The notes beneath the pieces are model-generated. The model was not told where the DNA came from. It searched no databases and was given only the letters and a program-made list of their open reading frames with translations. Made by a program: the position numbers and the translations under genes. Of a stretch of DNA of 64,000 nucleotides, positions 1-9,351 are shown one piece after another. The number at the start of each line of letters is the position of its first letter. The stretch's first letter is position 1. Source of the DNA: a virus; IMG/VR virus record IMGVR_UViG_3300019752_000005, positions 12,626 to 76,625 of that record. One strand, given 5' to 3'.

Positions 1-1011
1 GTGAATTTTGTTTTAGATGAATTAAAGCTTAACACAAAAAAGGTTTTATTCGCCACATACACTGGTAAAGCTGCCAAAGTGCTAATGAATAAATCAGGTA
101 GACATGTGAATACAATACACAGATTGATTTATAAGTTACAAGAAACAGAAGATGATGGTATAAGTGATGATCCGTGTTTTACGTTAAACGCTAAATCTAG
201 CTTGGTCGATGCCTCACTATTAATTCTTGATGAGGTAAGTATGGTTGATAAAGAAATGATGCGTGATATTTTATCCTTCAACACACCTGTCTTGGTTTCA
301 GGTGACCCCATGCAGATACCTCCAGTAAATGGAGATGCTTATTTTGAAGATAAAGAACCAGATTTCTTTCTTGATGAAATTCATAGACAGGCTTTAGACT
401 CTCCAATTATTTACATCTCCATGTTGGTACGTGAGAAGGGTTTTTTACCCATGGGTAAATGGGGTGATGTGGTGGCAAAGATTCCTAAAAACAAGATTAA
501 ACGTGATACATGGTTGTCTGCTGATCAGGTTTTATGTGGAAAAAATAACACTAAACGAGATACGAATAGATGGTTTCGTAATGAATACGGCTTGGAGTCA
601 ATGTTTCCTGTGAGTGGGGAAAAGATTATTTGCTTAAGAAATAATTGGAATTATAATATCGTTAATGGTACAATTGCTCATATGAGAGGTGGCGTTACAA
701 ATATGCAAGAGTGGCTATTTAGAGCTACACTTGTTGATGAAGACTCCAATTTTGTTTATGAAAATGTTGAGTTAGCAGCAACCCCGAATTACAAACCAAT
801 GAGAGAGGGTGCGCGTGCTCCTAGGGGGTTGTATAAAACAACCATTAATACTGATTTTGGGTACGCTATCACATGCCATAAATCACAAGGTAGTCAATGG
901 GATAAAGTGTTGATTATTGATGAAGGTTTTGGTGATAGAGATATGTATGGCAGGTGGCTTTACACAGCAGTCACCCGCGCTTCTGAGAAGTTGATTATTG
1001 CTGGTGTTTAA
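1..1011 (+). CDS. RecD/Dda-like SF1B DNA helicase (5'-truncated by the window edge)
   Basis: Motif Ia ATYTGKAA, TIHRLIY, Walker B LILDEVSMV, GDPMQIPPV, EIHRQ, and YAITCHKSQGSQW...WLYTAVTRA. Walker A is absent, so the gene likely starts upstream. Confidence 0.9.
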   Translation: MNFVLDELKLNTKKVLFATYTGKAAKVLMNKSGRHVNTIHRLIYKLQETEDDGISDDPCFTLNAKSSLVDASLLILDEVSMVDKEMMRDILSFNTPVLVSGDPMQIPPVNGDAYFEDKEPDFFLDEIHRQALDSPIIYISMLVREKGFLPMGKWGDVVAKIPKNKIKRDTWLSADQVLCGKNNTKRDTNRWFRNEYGLESMFPVSGEKIICLRNNWNYNIVNGTIAHMRGGVTNMQEWLFRATLVDEDSNFVYENVELAATPNYKPMREGARAPRGLYKTTINTDFGYAITCHKSQGSQWDKVLIIDEGFGDRDMYGRWLYTAVTRASEKLIIAGV

Positions 1012-1022
1012 TTTAAATTAGG

Positions 1023-1298
1023 ATGTATATGGAATATATTAGAAATATTGTTACAAACAAGGGTAACCTTGAAATTACTAAAAGTTTATCACTTGGATTG
1101 ATGATAGCATCTGGTATTGTAGGTTTAGCTTTTATTTTTAAGTTAAAGGTTATGGTATTTGCAGTATGCTTTATTGTGTCTTATGCGTCTTACCATGTTT
1201 ATGGTTTAGCAAGTAAATTATTATCACTAGATGATAGTGATAGAATGAAGTTGGTTTATGAGAGCCTAGCTAAGTTTAATTTATTAAAAGGAAAGTAA
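1023..1298 (+). CDS. small membrane protein (2 TM)
   Basis: Two hydrophobic stretches; follows the helicase closely. Confidence 0.6.
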   Translation: MYMEYIRNIVTNKGNLEITKSLSLGLMIASGIVGLAFIFKLKVMVFAVCFIVSYASYHVYGLASKLLSLDDSDRMKLVYESLAKFNLLKGK

Positions 1299-1302
1299 AA
1301 GT

Positions 1303-1599
1303 ATGATCGAATATTCTATTCGTGATGGTAGTAACATCTATAACAATAATAAAAGTGAATATATTGTTGATGTTAAGCTTATTGATGGGAAATTACCCAC
1401 AGAGGAGCAGATGGATGAGGTGGCAAAGGAGGTTAAATCTAAAGATAAAAACAAGCTTGTTTTCATCCTATTCTATTTACCAGACATGATTGAATCTAAT
1501 GGCGCGTTTGCTACCGCAAATTATCTACCAGAATACGAAGGGGTGGATATTAAATGGGCTGCTATTTATTGTAGTAAGTATAGTCACTTTGTTGAGTAA
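1303..1599 (+). CDS. hypothetical protein
   Basis: ORF in operon context, followed by a terminator. Confidence 0.65.
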   Translation: MIEYSIRDGSNIYNNNKSEYIVDVKLIDGKLPTEEQMDEVAKEVKSKDKNKLVFILFYLPDMIESNGAFATANYLPEYEGVDIKWAAIYCSKYSHFVE

Positions 1600-1609
1600 T
1601 TAGTTTAAT

Positions 1610-1634
1610 AGCCATCGGTAACGGTGGCTTTTTT
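1610..1634 (+). terminator. Rho-independent terminator
   Basis: AGCCATC-ggtaac-GGTGGCT stem followed by a T run. Confidence 0.75.
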
Positions 1635-2316
1635 ATTGATAGGAATCCTAAAATTGTACAGTAATTTATCAAAGTGTTTAGGTAAAGAGATTCTCTCTTT
1701 AGTTGAAGAAGAGTTTTTAGAGTTCAAAGGTGATATTGTATTTAGTATTGATGTTGAACATGAAACTGTGGAGGATAGAGATTTTCTTGATATTAAAGTA
1801 ATTTGTGATTTGAGTTATGATGATGATAGCTTTATATATTTAAGCTACAACACTGATGGAAAAGATAAAATTAGTGGTGAATGGAATGGTTTGGTTGATG
1901 ATTATCTTGGTGGTAATTTAAGTGTATGTGATGATGAGGGTATGTATGTAGATCAGAGATTCAATACTCCATTATCAGAAACACCAAAGTTGTGGTATAA
2001 GGGTTCGCGCGATCGAATTATTAAGATGCTTGCTTACCGTAATGTTTATAACTTTATTCAAAAGTATAATGAACAAGATATTAATATATCATTTTATTAT
2101 GGTAAACGAGATAAAGTAAAAGATATTAAGCTAGAAATAGAGTACAACGATGTAAAACTGAAAGTTAACTGGAATGACGCTGTCGAATGTTACACTGATA
2201 TCAATGTCATTAGTGAGGCAAACATCGAGATAAATGGGGTTCAGTCATGGTTGTGTGATAACAAAACAACTCTTATTGGTGCTTGGCAAAAGTTTAACGA
2301 GTTAATTGGTGGTTAG
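1624..2316 (+). CDS. acidic hypothetical protein (true start probably further downstream)
   Basis: Long ORF; the called start lies inside the terminator. Confidence 0.55.
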   Translation: MAFLLIGILKLYSNLSKCLGKEILSLVEEEFLEFKGDIVFSIDVEHETVEDRDFLDIKVICDLSYDDDSFIYLSYNTDGKDKISGEWNGLVDDYLGGNLSVCDDEGMYVDQRFNTPLSETPKLWYKGSRDRIIKMLAYRNVYNFIQKYNEQDINISFYYGKRDKVKDIKLEIEYNDVKLKVNWNDAVECYTDINVISEANIEINGVQSWLCDNKTTLIGAWQKFNELIGG

Positions 2317-2381
2317 TACCGCTTTAATATAATGTTCTTATGTGTTATGAGTATCATAAATACAACTAAACAGGAATAACA

Positions 2382-3485
2382 ATGAAAGAAATAAAGATTT
2401 ACGCTGAAGTTTTGGAAAAAAGCGCATTAGAACAGTTTGAATCTGCTATGCAGCAACCCGATGTAGTTAAAGGTGCGCTAATGCCAGATTCCCATACAGG
2501 TTACTCACTACCTATTGGTGCTGTTGTGGCAACAAATAATACTATATACCCCGCATGGGTTGGTTACGATATTGGTTGTGGTATGTGTGCTTTGAAGCTT
2601 GACGGTATAGATGTAACTGCTGTAAAAAATAACGCAAAGGATATTTTTGATGTAATTTATCGTGATATCCCTGTAGGGTTTAAAATTAATACCACTGACA
2701 CAATGTACTCACTTGATGGGTTAACCAGTAAAGGTGTTGAGATAGCGGAGAGTAAGAACTACAAAAAAGCGTTGGGTAGTTTAGGTGGTGGTAATCATTT
2801 TATAGAAATCGGATATGATGAACAAGATAATGTATGGGTTGTAATTCATTCTGGTAGTCGCGGTGTGGGGCATGGTATTGCTACTCATTATATGAAATTA
2901 TTTCACCCAGAGGGTAAAGCTAAAGATGGTCATCATGGTAAACATGTTGTATCACAAGATGGTAAAGATTATATTCAGGATATGAGTTGGTGTTTGGATT
3001 ATGCTCTTGCTAATCGTCAAGAAATGATGTTTCGTGTTGTGAACGCGATTACAGAAAGCCTTGATATGTCTTGTTATGAAATTGACTTTAGTGAAATTAT
3101 TAATAGAAATCATAATCATGCTGTACTGCAAGATGATTTATGGGTTCACCGTAAGGGTGCTACCCATGCTGAGGACGGTATGATGGGTGTTATACCGGGG
3201 AATATGCGTGACGGTTCTTTTATTGTGCGCGGTAAAGGTAACCTAAATTCCCTAAAATCATCATCTCATGGCGCAGGTCGTGTATTAGGGCGTAAAGCGG
3301 CGCGTCGTGAACTTAGTGTTGATAAGTTTATGGAGCAAATGAATGGTGTGCAGGCACTAGTGAGTGATAAAACTCTTGATGAGTCACCTGATGCATATAA
3401 AAATATTTTTGATGTGATGGCTGCCCAATCTGAGTTGGTTGATATTGTGGCTCATATTAAACCACTGATTAATATTAAAGGTTAG
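2382..3485 (+). CDS. rtcB: RtcB-family RNA ligase
   Basis: MPDSHTG, DIGCG, GGGNHF, HSGSRG, NHNH, HRKGAT, SSSHGAGR and DESPDAYK motifs; AGGA RBS. Confidence 0.95.
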   Translation: MKEIKIYAEVLEKSALEQFESAMQQPDVVKGALMPDSHTGYSLPIGAVVATNNTIYPAWVGYDIGCGMCALKLDGIDVTAVKNNAKDIFDVIYRDIPVGFKINTTDTMYSLDGLTSKGVEIAESKNYKKALGSLGGGNHFIEIGYDEQDNVWVVIHSGSRGVGHGIATHYMKLFHPEGKAKDGHHGKHVVSQDGKDYIQDMSWCLDYALANRQEMMFRVVNAITESLDMSCYEIDFSEIINRNHNHAVLQDDLWVHRKGATHAEDGMMGVIPGNMRDGSFIVRGKGNLNSLKSSSHGAGRVLGRKAARRELSVDKFMEQMNGVQALVSDKTLDESPDAYKNIFDVMAAQSELVDIVAHIKPLINIKG

Positions 3486-3488
3486 ATA

Positions 3489-3983
3489 ATGACTGGTGGG
3501 GTAGTGCCCACCATCTTGATTTTAACAAGGAATACTTTTATGTTTTTATCGTTGTGGAGAGTTGCATTTAGTTGCTCAAATTGTGGGAAACAGTTGCCAG
3601 AAAAAAATAAAATAATGCTTGCTAGATGTGACGAGCAATTTAAAGCCACTTGTGTTCTTGATTGTGGGGGTTGTGATTTTAATGATTGGGTTGTGGTTGA
3701 TGGCAAACCAATTAAAGATAATAATATACAAGTCTACAAGGTTAGCCGAAATAGCTTAAGCGTTAAAATAATTGGTGATAGTAAGATAAATCTTGATCAC
3801 CTAAGATCGATCTTAAAATCTATTAGTGATGATGGTGGTTACAGTATAATTTATGTGAATATGTCTAGCCTAAATACATGTCATTTTATCCAGATGTGCA
3901 AAGAAACACGCGTCACACAAGATGTTTATATTTCTAATGGGTGTGGCGGTTATGAGCTTATTCCTTATTATTACTTAGGGTGA
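3489..3983 (+). CDS. Zn-ribbon-containing hypothetical protein
   Basis: CSNC...CGGC pairs; the start is probably at ~3540. Confidence 0.55.
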   Translation: MTGGVVPTILILTRNTFMFLSLWRVAFSCSNCGKQLPEKNKIMLARCDEQFKATCVLDCGGCDFNDWVVVDGKPIKDNNIQVYKVSRNSLSVKIIGDSKINLDHLRSILKSISDDGGYSIIYVNMSSLNTCHFIQMCKETRVTQDVYISNGCGGYELIPYYYLG

Positions 3984-4663
3984 ATATAATGCAACTTAAA
4001 AGAAATATACTACGAACAATTGGAGAAAGGTTTTACGCATGTGGGAGACATAAGTGTTATAGATTTAAAAATGTAGAAATGAGAGATGTGATTATTAATG
4101 ATGATTGTATAGAAATTAATATTTACCTTCTTGATAAGCGCGGGGAAACATGTTTAAGCGTAGTTGCTTACACATTCTTAGGTAATGAGTTAACACTTAT
4201 ACGCAGTGAAAATAGTTTATCTCCACAATGTAAGATAGATAAAATGTATTTTTATGGTTTACATGGGGTTAACACTTTATTTGATGGTGCTGAAACATTG
4301 TTTGACGCAATTGAGATTGTATGGAGTAAATGCAATCACGTATCTTCACTAGAACCAATGTTTCTGTCAGATTACAGTAAGAATTCAATTAAGAATAGAA
4401 TAAATTACCTCCTTGAGAAAGATTTTAGCGGTAAAGGTTTATCGTGGAGATTCGGTGGTGATTATGGGCGTGATTTAATATTAACATATAATAATGATGA
4501 GAGTGTATTATGGCTAGATTTTAATAGGTTGGCAGATAGTTGTTTCACTCTAAAACAGCTTGTGTGCGAACATGGAATTTATGGTGATGGTATGAATGAA
4601 GATAATGTGTATGACACGATCGTATGGTTGCTTGGGGATAATAAACTTATCGAGGTTTATTGA
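3980..4663 (+). CDS. hypothetical protein
   Basis: GTGA overlap with the upstream stop. Confidence 0.6.
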   Translation: MNIMQLKRNILRTIGERFYACGRHKCYRFKNVEMRDVIINDDCIEINIYLLDKRGETCLSVVAYTFLGNELTLIRSENSLSPQCKIDKMYFYGLHGVNTLFDGAETLFDAIEIVWSKCNHVSSLEPMFLSDYSKNSIKNRINYLLEKDFSGKGLSWRFGGDYGRDLILTYNNDESVLWLDFNRLADSCFTLKQLVCEHGIYGDGMNEDNVYDTIVWLLGDNKLIEVY

Positions 4664-4694
4664 AATGGTAAGTAGGTATGGGAGTGATAATTAA

Positions 4695-5045
4695 ATGAAG
4701 TGGTCAAGAAGTAGAAGTGATGCATTAACAGCCGATCTTAACAGTATAAGTTTATCTGAAATTAAATTCCATGTTAATGTTTTTATAGGTCGCAAAAAAC
4801 AGGAAATAAGTGTTCATTTTATGGATAACGATGGGTACGGTATAAAGGGATTATATTATTTGGTTTTTTATACAAAAAAATCTGATTTATCATGTATCGG
4901 TAATATAAAAGGTTATTACATGATTGGCGGTAAAAAAATAAAAGTTTATTTATTGTCATTAATAATAAGTAAGTTGTCGCCGTATATTAAAAGCGGATCT
5001 GAGGATATGCGGAAACTGACTTCAGCAGGAAACAGCGATAAATGA
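4695..5045 (+). CDS. hypothetical protein
   Basis: ORF with upstream GGAG. Confidence 0.5.
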   Translation: MKWSRSRSDALTADLNSISLSEIKFHVNVFIGRKKQEISVHFMDNDGYGIKGLYYLVFYTKKSDLSCIGNIKGYYMIGGKKIKVYLLSLIISKLSPYIKSGSEDMRKLTSAGNSDK

Positions 5046-5230
5046 TTATCAAAAAAAGAGATTCTTTGAATGATGTATCAATATCTATTATTTTACTGAT
5101 TGGTGGAATAAATTATTCATATCAAAGTTATTTAGTGTTAGATAATACAGTTTTACTTGAGTCATCAGAGAATTAAAAAAGTAATAGTGTATAATTATAT
5201 TGTAAGTTTTATTCTTTTAGGGGTCTTATT

Positions 5231-5421
5231 ATGAAATCTAATGAAAATACAGTTGTTAATTCAATATTTATAGGGGCGGCACTATTAGTTGTTGGTTGGG
5301 TTATGAATATTGTTGCTATTTTTAATAGCCCAGCATTAGGGGAGTGGGGGGGGGGATGGAAATAGCAAGGGTGATAGGAGTATTTATTGCTCCAATTGGT
5401 GGGATACTAGGTTTCTTTTAG
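5231..5421 (+). pseudogene. small 2-TM phage membrane protein frameshifted at a G10 tract (phase-variable or sequencing error)
   Basis: MKSNENTVVNSIFIGAALLVVGWVMNIVAIFNSPALGEW-[G10 at 5346-5355]-MEIARVIGVFIAPIGGILGFF*. The halves join in frame with G8 or G11. Confidence 0.7.
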
Positions 5422-5433
5422 TAATTAACTGAT

Positions 5434-5461
5434 AAGACGATTATTTGATCGTCTTTTTTTT
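5434..5461 (+). terminator. Rho-independent terminator
   Basis: AAGACGAT...ATCGTCTT followed by a T run. Confidence 0.7.
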
Positions 5462-5473
5462 ACAGGTAAAACA

Positions 5474-5944
5474 ATGAAAAAACTAATACCATCTCTATTT
5501 ATCATAAGCACTGTTGGCGTTATCGTCGCATCACTAGCGGTTAGTAATAACCATGTCGAATTCGTAGTAACAATCGCCACTGTATTTACCATTGCTGCCA
5601 CAACAATATCTGAGTTACCGAAATATGAACAGGTTAAAGAGGTTATCCATTACACTAAAACAGAAGATGGTGTGGGAGAAAGAATAATCCAACTACCCAA
5701 CGATCATATCCTCTATGATACGAGTGTGGATGAAAAAATGTTAGTTAACAACAAAGATGGAACTCTTTTAATATTATTTAAACGCATAGATAATGGTTGG
5801 CAGGCTTGGCTTTACAATAGAGAAGTTATACCAGATTGCGTTTTAAGTATAGATGACGTTAAGCGTATTTCAAGAGATGTTGCCGTACATGAACTACGTT
5901 TCAAGAGATACATTGGTATACTCTATTATCCAAAGCAGACATAA
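5474..5944 (+). CDS. membrane protein (2 N-terminal TM)
   Basis: Hydrophobic N-terminus, AGGT RBS. Confidence 0.65.
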   Translation: MKKLIPSLFIISTVGVIVASLAVSNNHVEFVVTIATVFTIAATTISELPKYEQVKEVIHYTKTEDGVGERIIQLPNDHILYDTSVDEKMLVNNKDGTLLILFKRIDNGWQAWLYNREVIPDCVLSIDDVKRISRDVAVHELRFKRYIGILYYPKQT

Positions 5945-6102
5945 GGGAAAGGTCTTACCTATTAAGCATGAGCACACGATTTAGTAAAGGATTCTTATGG
6001 AGGGAATATACTGGTATTATGGGAATTATTAAGCTTAAGTTAATATCAATGTTATATCCACATTAGGAATTAAAATGAACGCGAGAATTAGATAGGAGAT
6101 TC

Positions 6103-6468
6103 ATGATCATGAGTACTAATGTAGAAGCATGGGTAGGATATGGATTTAATATTAATGAGACTGACTCTAAAAAAATAGTGAAATGGATTCGATCCAAAGT
6201 TGATACGGAAGAAGAATCTGATAATGAAATTATCGACTATTATTTGCATCAAGCTCTAAATAATAGTCGATATGGTAAGATTGCACGTGTAATGAGTGAG
6301 GGTGAGTATGATTTCTATATTCTTATAAACCCTATTCTTACTGAAGACGCTACATCGATAGATACAGATTGGATACTGTCAGATAATTTAGGTTTAGCAA
6401 TTTCTTTAAGGGATGAGCTTGGGATTAAGTCTAAAGTTGAGCTGAAACTAGGTTTAATGCGGTATTAA
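6103..6468 (+). CDS. hypothetical protein
   Basis: AGGAGA RBS; followed by a terminator. Confidence 0.7.
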   Translation: MIMSTNVEAWVGYGFNINETDSKKIVKWIRSKVDTEEESDNEIIDYYLHQALNNSRYGKIARVMSEGEYDFYILINPILTEDATSIDTDWILSDNLGLAISLRDELGIKSKVELKLGLMRY

Positions 6469-6510
6469 GATTTATGAGAGGTCGTTTGATTATTAATATT
6501 TGATTTACAT

Positions 6511-6537
6511 GCCAGCTTATTACAAGCTGGCTTTTTT
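6511..6537 (+). terminator. Rho-independent terminator
   Basis: GCCAGCTT-attac-AAGCTGGC followed by a T run. Confidence 0.8.
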
Positions 6538-6592
6538 ATCGGAATAAAAAGTTAGTATAACAGTACGTATCATTAGTAATTAAATTCATTCA

Positions 6593-6859
6593 ATGGGGAA
6601 TAAAATAATGGATATTGAGAAAATTAAAAAAGAGAAAAGCGGGTTGGAATTATCTGTGTTGGGGGCATCAATTATCCTCCCCACATCAGCTTGCTTTTGC
6701 ATACACCACCTTATCACGGGGTCGCCTTGGTTTGCTAGCTTACTAGGGTTCACAGCGTTCATGGCACTTGGCTGGATAAATTTGTCAACTGAGAAATTAG
6801 ATGTTGTAAAAGGTGTTTTAGCTGAAACTGAAAGCAGTAAAAAAACACCGTTAGCTTAA
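6593..6859 (+). CDS. small membrane protein
   Basis: Two hydrophobic segments. Confidence 0.55.
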   Translation: MGNKIMDIEKIKKEKSGLELSVLGASIILPTSACFCIHHLITGSPWFASLLGFTAFMALGWINLSTEKLDVVKGVLAETESSKKTPLA

Positions 6860-6869
6860 GAGGTATATA

Positions 6870-7172
6870 ATGTTAGGATTTAAAGATACAGACAAGTATA
6901 ATGCACACATGAATCGTGCAAATACAGCAGCATCTCATTTGGAAGAGGTTTTTAGCAAGGTGAAGGTTGATTATAGTAATGGAGGATTATCTAGTGAATT
7001 GGTTTCTGTTGCTCATGATGATGGTAATCTAGTTATGGAACTAAATAAATCACAACAGCCTGAACTTGCTGCTCACCTACTTAGTAAGAAGTTAATGAGT
7101 GAGTTTGGTTATCAATGCTACTGGGAAACAGATACAAGTGGAAAAGTAACAGGTTTTCTGATTAGGCATTGA
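6870..7172 (+). CDS. hypothetical protein
   Basis: GAGG RBS, operon context. Confidence 0.6.
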   Translation: MLGFKDTDKYNAHMNRANTAASHLEEVFSKVKVDYSNGGLSSELVSVAHDDGNLVMELNKSQQPELAAHLLSKKLMSEFGYQCYWETDTSGKVTGFLIRH

Positions 7173-7552
7173 TAATGGAGGAGCTTTATAAAAAGGTATC
7201 CAACTACTTACTACGAATACGTAATAAGGGTTTGGGTTTGGAGTTATGTCAGGTAAGCTTAATTAAAAACAAGATATATATAACCCATCCCGAACAAATG
7301 GTTTATTGTTGCCTTGATTTTAGAACGAACAGTAGTGATTATCAAGTGGTTGTAAACTGTAGTTTTGAAGGTCAGCACCTATATAGAAAAGTTATTGGTT
7401 TTAATTTAAATGAAATTGATAGATTACTTAATGATATTGATCTGTCTATATGTGGTTTTTTTGTGAAGATAGATATGTATAGGGGGCTAGATGGTGCTAA
7501 ATTCCAATGGGTAGGTGGTGCTAAGTTTAAAATGAATGGCTTCACCTATTAA
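7169..7552 (+). CDS. hypothetical protein
   Basis: Overlaps the upstream stop. Confidence 0.55.
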   Translation: MIMEELYKKVSNYLLRIRNKGLGLELCQVSLIKNKIYITHPEQMVYCCLDFRTNSSDYQVVVNCSFEGQHLYRKVIGFNLNEIDRLLNDIDLSICGFFVKIDMYRGLDGAKFQWVGGAKFKMNGFTY

Positions 7553-7553
7553 T

Positions 7554-7682
7554 TGACACGTAGCAGAGGCATTAAACGCTGTGTCACACCGCCTGCAAAG
7601 GTTAGTCCATGGCTTGGTAACGGTGATCTGTCCTACTTTACAGTAGCTGAGACCTCACACGTGATGCGGGGTCGTTTTTTTT
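7554..7682 (+). ncRNA. putative structured non-coding RNA ending in an intrinsic terminator
   Basis: GC-rich intergenic island. Stems: TGACAC/GTGTCA; CACCG/CGGTG enclosing CCT-GCAA-AGG (GNRA loop) and TTA..CCA/TGG.TAA; CTACT-ttac-AGTAG; GACCTC/GGGGTC followed by T8. Confidence 0.55.
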
Positions 7683-7702
7683 AATTTAAAGGGTGTTTAT
7701 GT

Positions 7703-7945
7703 ATGTTAACGAAAGAAGAGATAAAAATAGTTAAAGAGCTGCGCTTAACAGCAAAAGTAGTTGGTTCTTTATTAATGTTATTTGGTTATGGTGTTATAGT
7801 ATTTCTTGTTGAAGGTGATCCTGTGGTTTATATTGCAATTATATTATTGCATTTTGTCATAGAAGGTGGGAGTAACTTATTTGATAAGGGAATGGAGAGT
7901 GATAGAGAAATTATTGATAGCTGGTATAAGGTGAAAAATAAATAG
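7703..7945 (+). CDS. small 2-TM membrane protein
   Basis: Two hydrophobic helices. Confidence 0.6.
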   Translation: MLTKEEIKIVKELRLTAKVVGSLLMLFGYGVIVFLVEGDPVVYIAIILLHFVIEGGSNLFDKGMESDREIIDSWYKVKNK

Positions 7946-7973
7946 GGGAATCACACCCCTATCTTCAATATCT

Positions 7974-8483
7974 TTAGATATTTATTTTCTTAACTTCCAC
8001 GCTAAGAGCTAAATCAAATAGAAAGTCTAGTAGTAAATCAATATTTTGGTAACCATCACACATATCTACCACTTGTTCTGTGGTTAGGTGCTTCTGCACA
8101 CCTCTCATAACCGCACCTAAACTATCGTGTGACTCAACGATAGATACATCATGACTAAGTGTTTCTTTATCAAAAACTGAAACCGCGTATTTGTTTTCTT
8201 TTGGTCGTTTATCCACCAGCATTCCTAACCCATCTTCTTTTGATTGACGTTTCTGGAATGCTGTTTGTTGGTGTTCGATAACTCCAATAGCGCAGTCTCC
8301 AATATAGGCAGTACTTTTTATTTTATCAATATTATTAGCATCCATAAACCAACTACCAGCACCCTCGATTTCTGACAAACCTTTCTTCAAAGCATCCAGA
8401 TCGCTTACAGCACTTACAACAACCTGTTGAATATTTTCTTCTGGATAATTGCACAAAGCCACCGTATAGGTTTTAAGATCCAT
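7974..8483 (-). CDS. hypothetical protein with an internally duplicated ~75-aa domain (paralog of 8808-9254)
   Basis: Two copies of Y[TA]V...V.[AS].[SD]..A...G...NID... Confidence 0.7.
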   Translation of the reverse strand: MDLKTYTVALCNYPEENIQQVVVSAVSDLDALKKGLSEIEGAGSWFMDANNIDKIKSTAYIGDCAIGVIEHQQTAFQKRQSKEDGLGMLVDKRPKENKYAVSVFDKETLSHDVSIVESHDSLGAVMRGVQKHLTTEQVVDMCDGYQNIDLLLDFLFDLALSVEVKKINI

Positions 8484-8794
8484 TATTCACCACCATTAAT
8501 ATTAGTGTGAACAACATACTTCTTGATTAATGAAAATTTATATTCATTATTTACAAGAGTTTGTTGAAGTTCTGCATCTGTAGCTAAAAAATAAGCTATT
8601 TTTGATAAGCATATAAACCCAAAAATCAGTGCTGAAAACACCATAATTAGGCTATTCATAAATCCGTTTACAGAGAAAAATCCAGCTATAGCGGATACAG
8701 TCATTACGAGAAATAAATACCCTAACCATTTCTGTGCAATACGACTTTGTTTTAATGTTAGTTTTCTTTTTCCACTCATTGTTTGCTTTCCCAA
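8483..8794 (-). CDS. membrane protein (2 TM)
   Basis: Basic N-terminus followed by two TM helices. Confidence 0.6.
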   Translation of the reverse strand: MGKQTMSGKRKLTLKQSRIAQKWLGYLFLVMTVSAIAGFFSVNGFMNSLIMVFSALIFGFICLSKIAYFLATDAELQQTLVNNEYKFSLIKKYVVHTNINGGE

Positions 8795-8807
8795 TTGGTT
8801 AAAAAAA

Positions 8808-9254
8808 TTATTCTGATATACATCTTATCTCCATATGACCATCATAAAGAACCTCTGCGATTTCATCAATACATTTACAGTCTTTTATTTCATCGTAACT
8901 ATAATGCTTGGATGCCATCATAATAAAAGCATCAAACTCACTCTCAGCCATAACAATTTCAATTGAAGAGTCTTTAACTTGGAAGTCAGCGAAAGACATG
9001 GTATATTTGTTAAGTGGTTTAACTTGATTTTCAAGAACACCAATAACCATGTTAGCATCAAAAGCCAACCGTTTCATTTCATCTAGTGAGTTGCATTCCT
9101 CAAACCCAGTTAAACCATCAGGTGCTGGTGCTAACATCTTGCGGATACCAGCCATTAACGCTTCACATTCTGATGCCGCTTTAACCTGCGTCATAAGCAT
9201 ATTGTTTGTGAATGAATCTGTGTAAGATACTGTATAATTTTTCATGAAAAACAC
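8808..9254 (-). CDS. hypothetical protein with duplicated domain (paralog of 7974-8483)
   Basis: YTVSYTD...VKAASECEAL and YTMSFAD...VMAESEFDAF; IGVLEN versus IGVIEH. Confidence 0.7.
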   Translation of the reverse strand: MFFMKNYTVSYTDSFTNNMLMTQVKAASECEALMAGIRKMLAPAPDGLTGFEECNSLDEMKRLAFDANMVIGVLENQVKPLNKYTMSFADFQVKDSSIEIVMAESEFDAFIMMASKHYSYDEIKDCKCIDEIAEVLYDGHMEIRCISE

Positions 9255-9278
9255 CTGTTTTTATTGTATGTGGTTATA

Positions 9279-9307
9279 ATATTAGATTGTTTGGTGCCTT
9301 ATGTCAA
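9279..9307 (-). promoter_or_regulatory. sigma70-type promoter
   Basis: TTGACA-17-TAATAT on the minus strand. Confidence 0.7.
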
Positions 9308-9351
9308 GTTTTAATCAAAAAAAAAGAGGGTTACCCCTCTTCTTTTATTCT

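Noticed and set aside
7600-7680. TPP riboswitch, tRNA or hammerhead identity for the structured RNA
   Set aside because: GCTGAGA is present but the P2/P4/P5 consensus is missing; there is no TTCGA T-loop and no CTGATGA/GAAA core.
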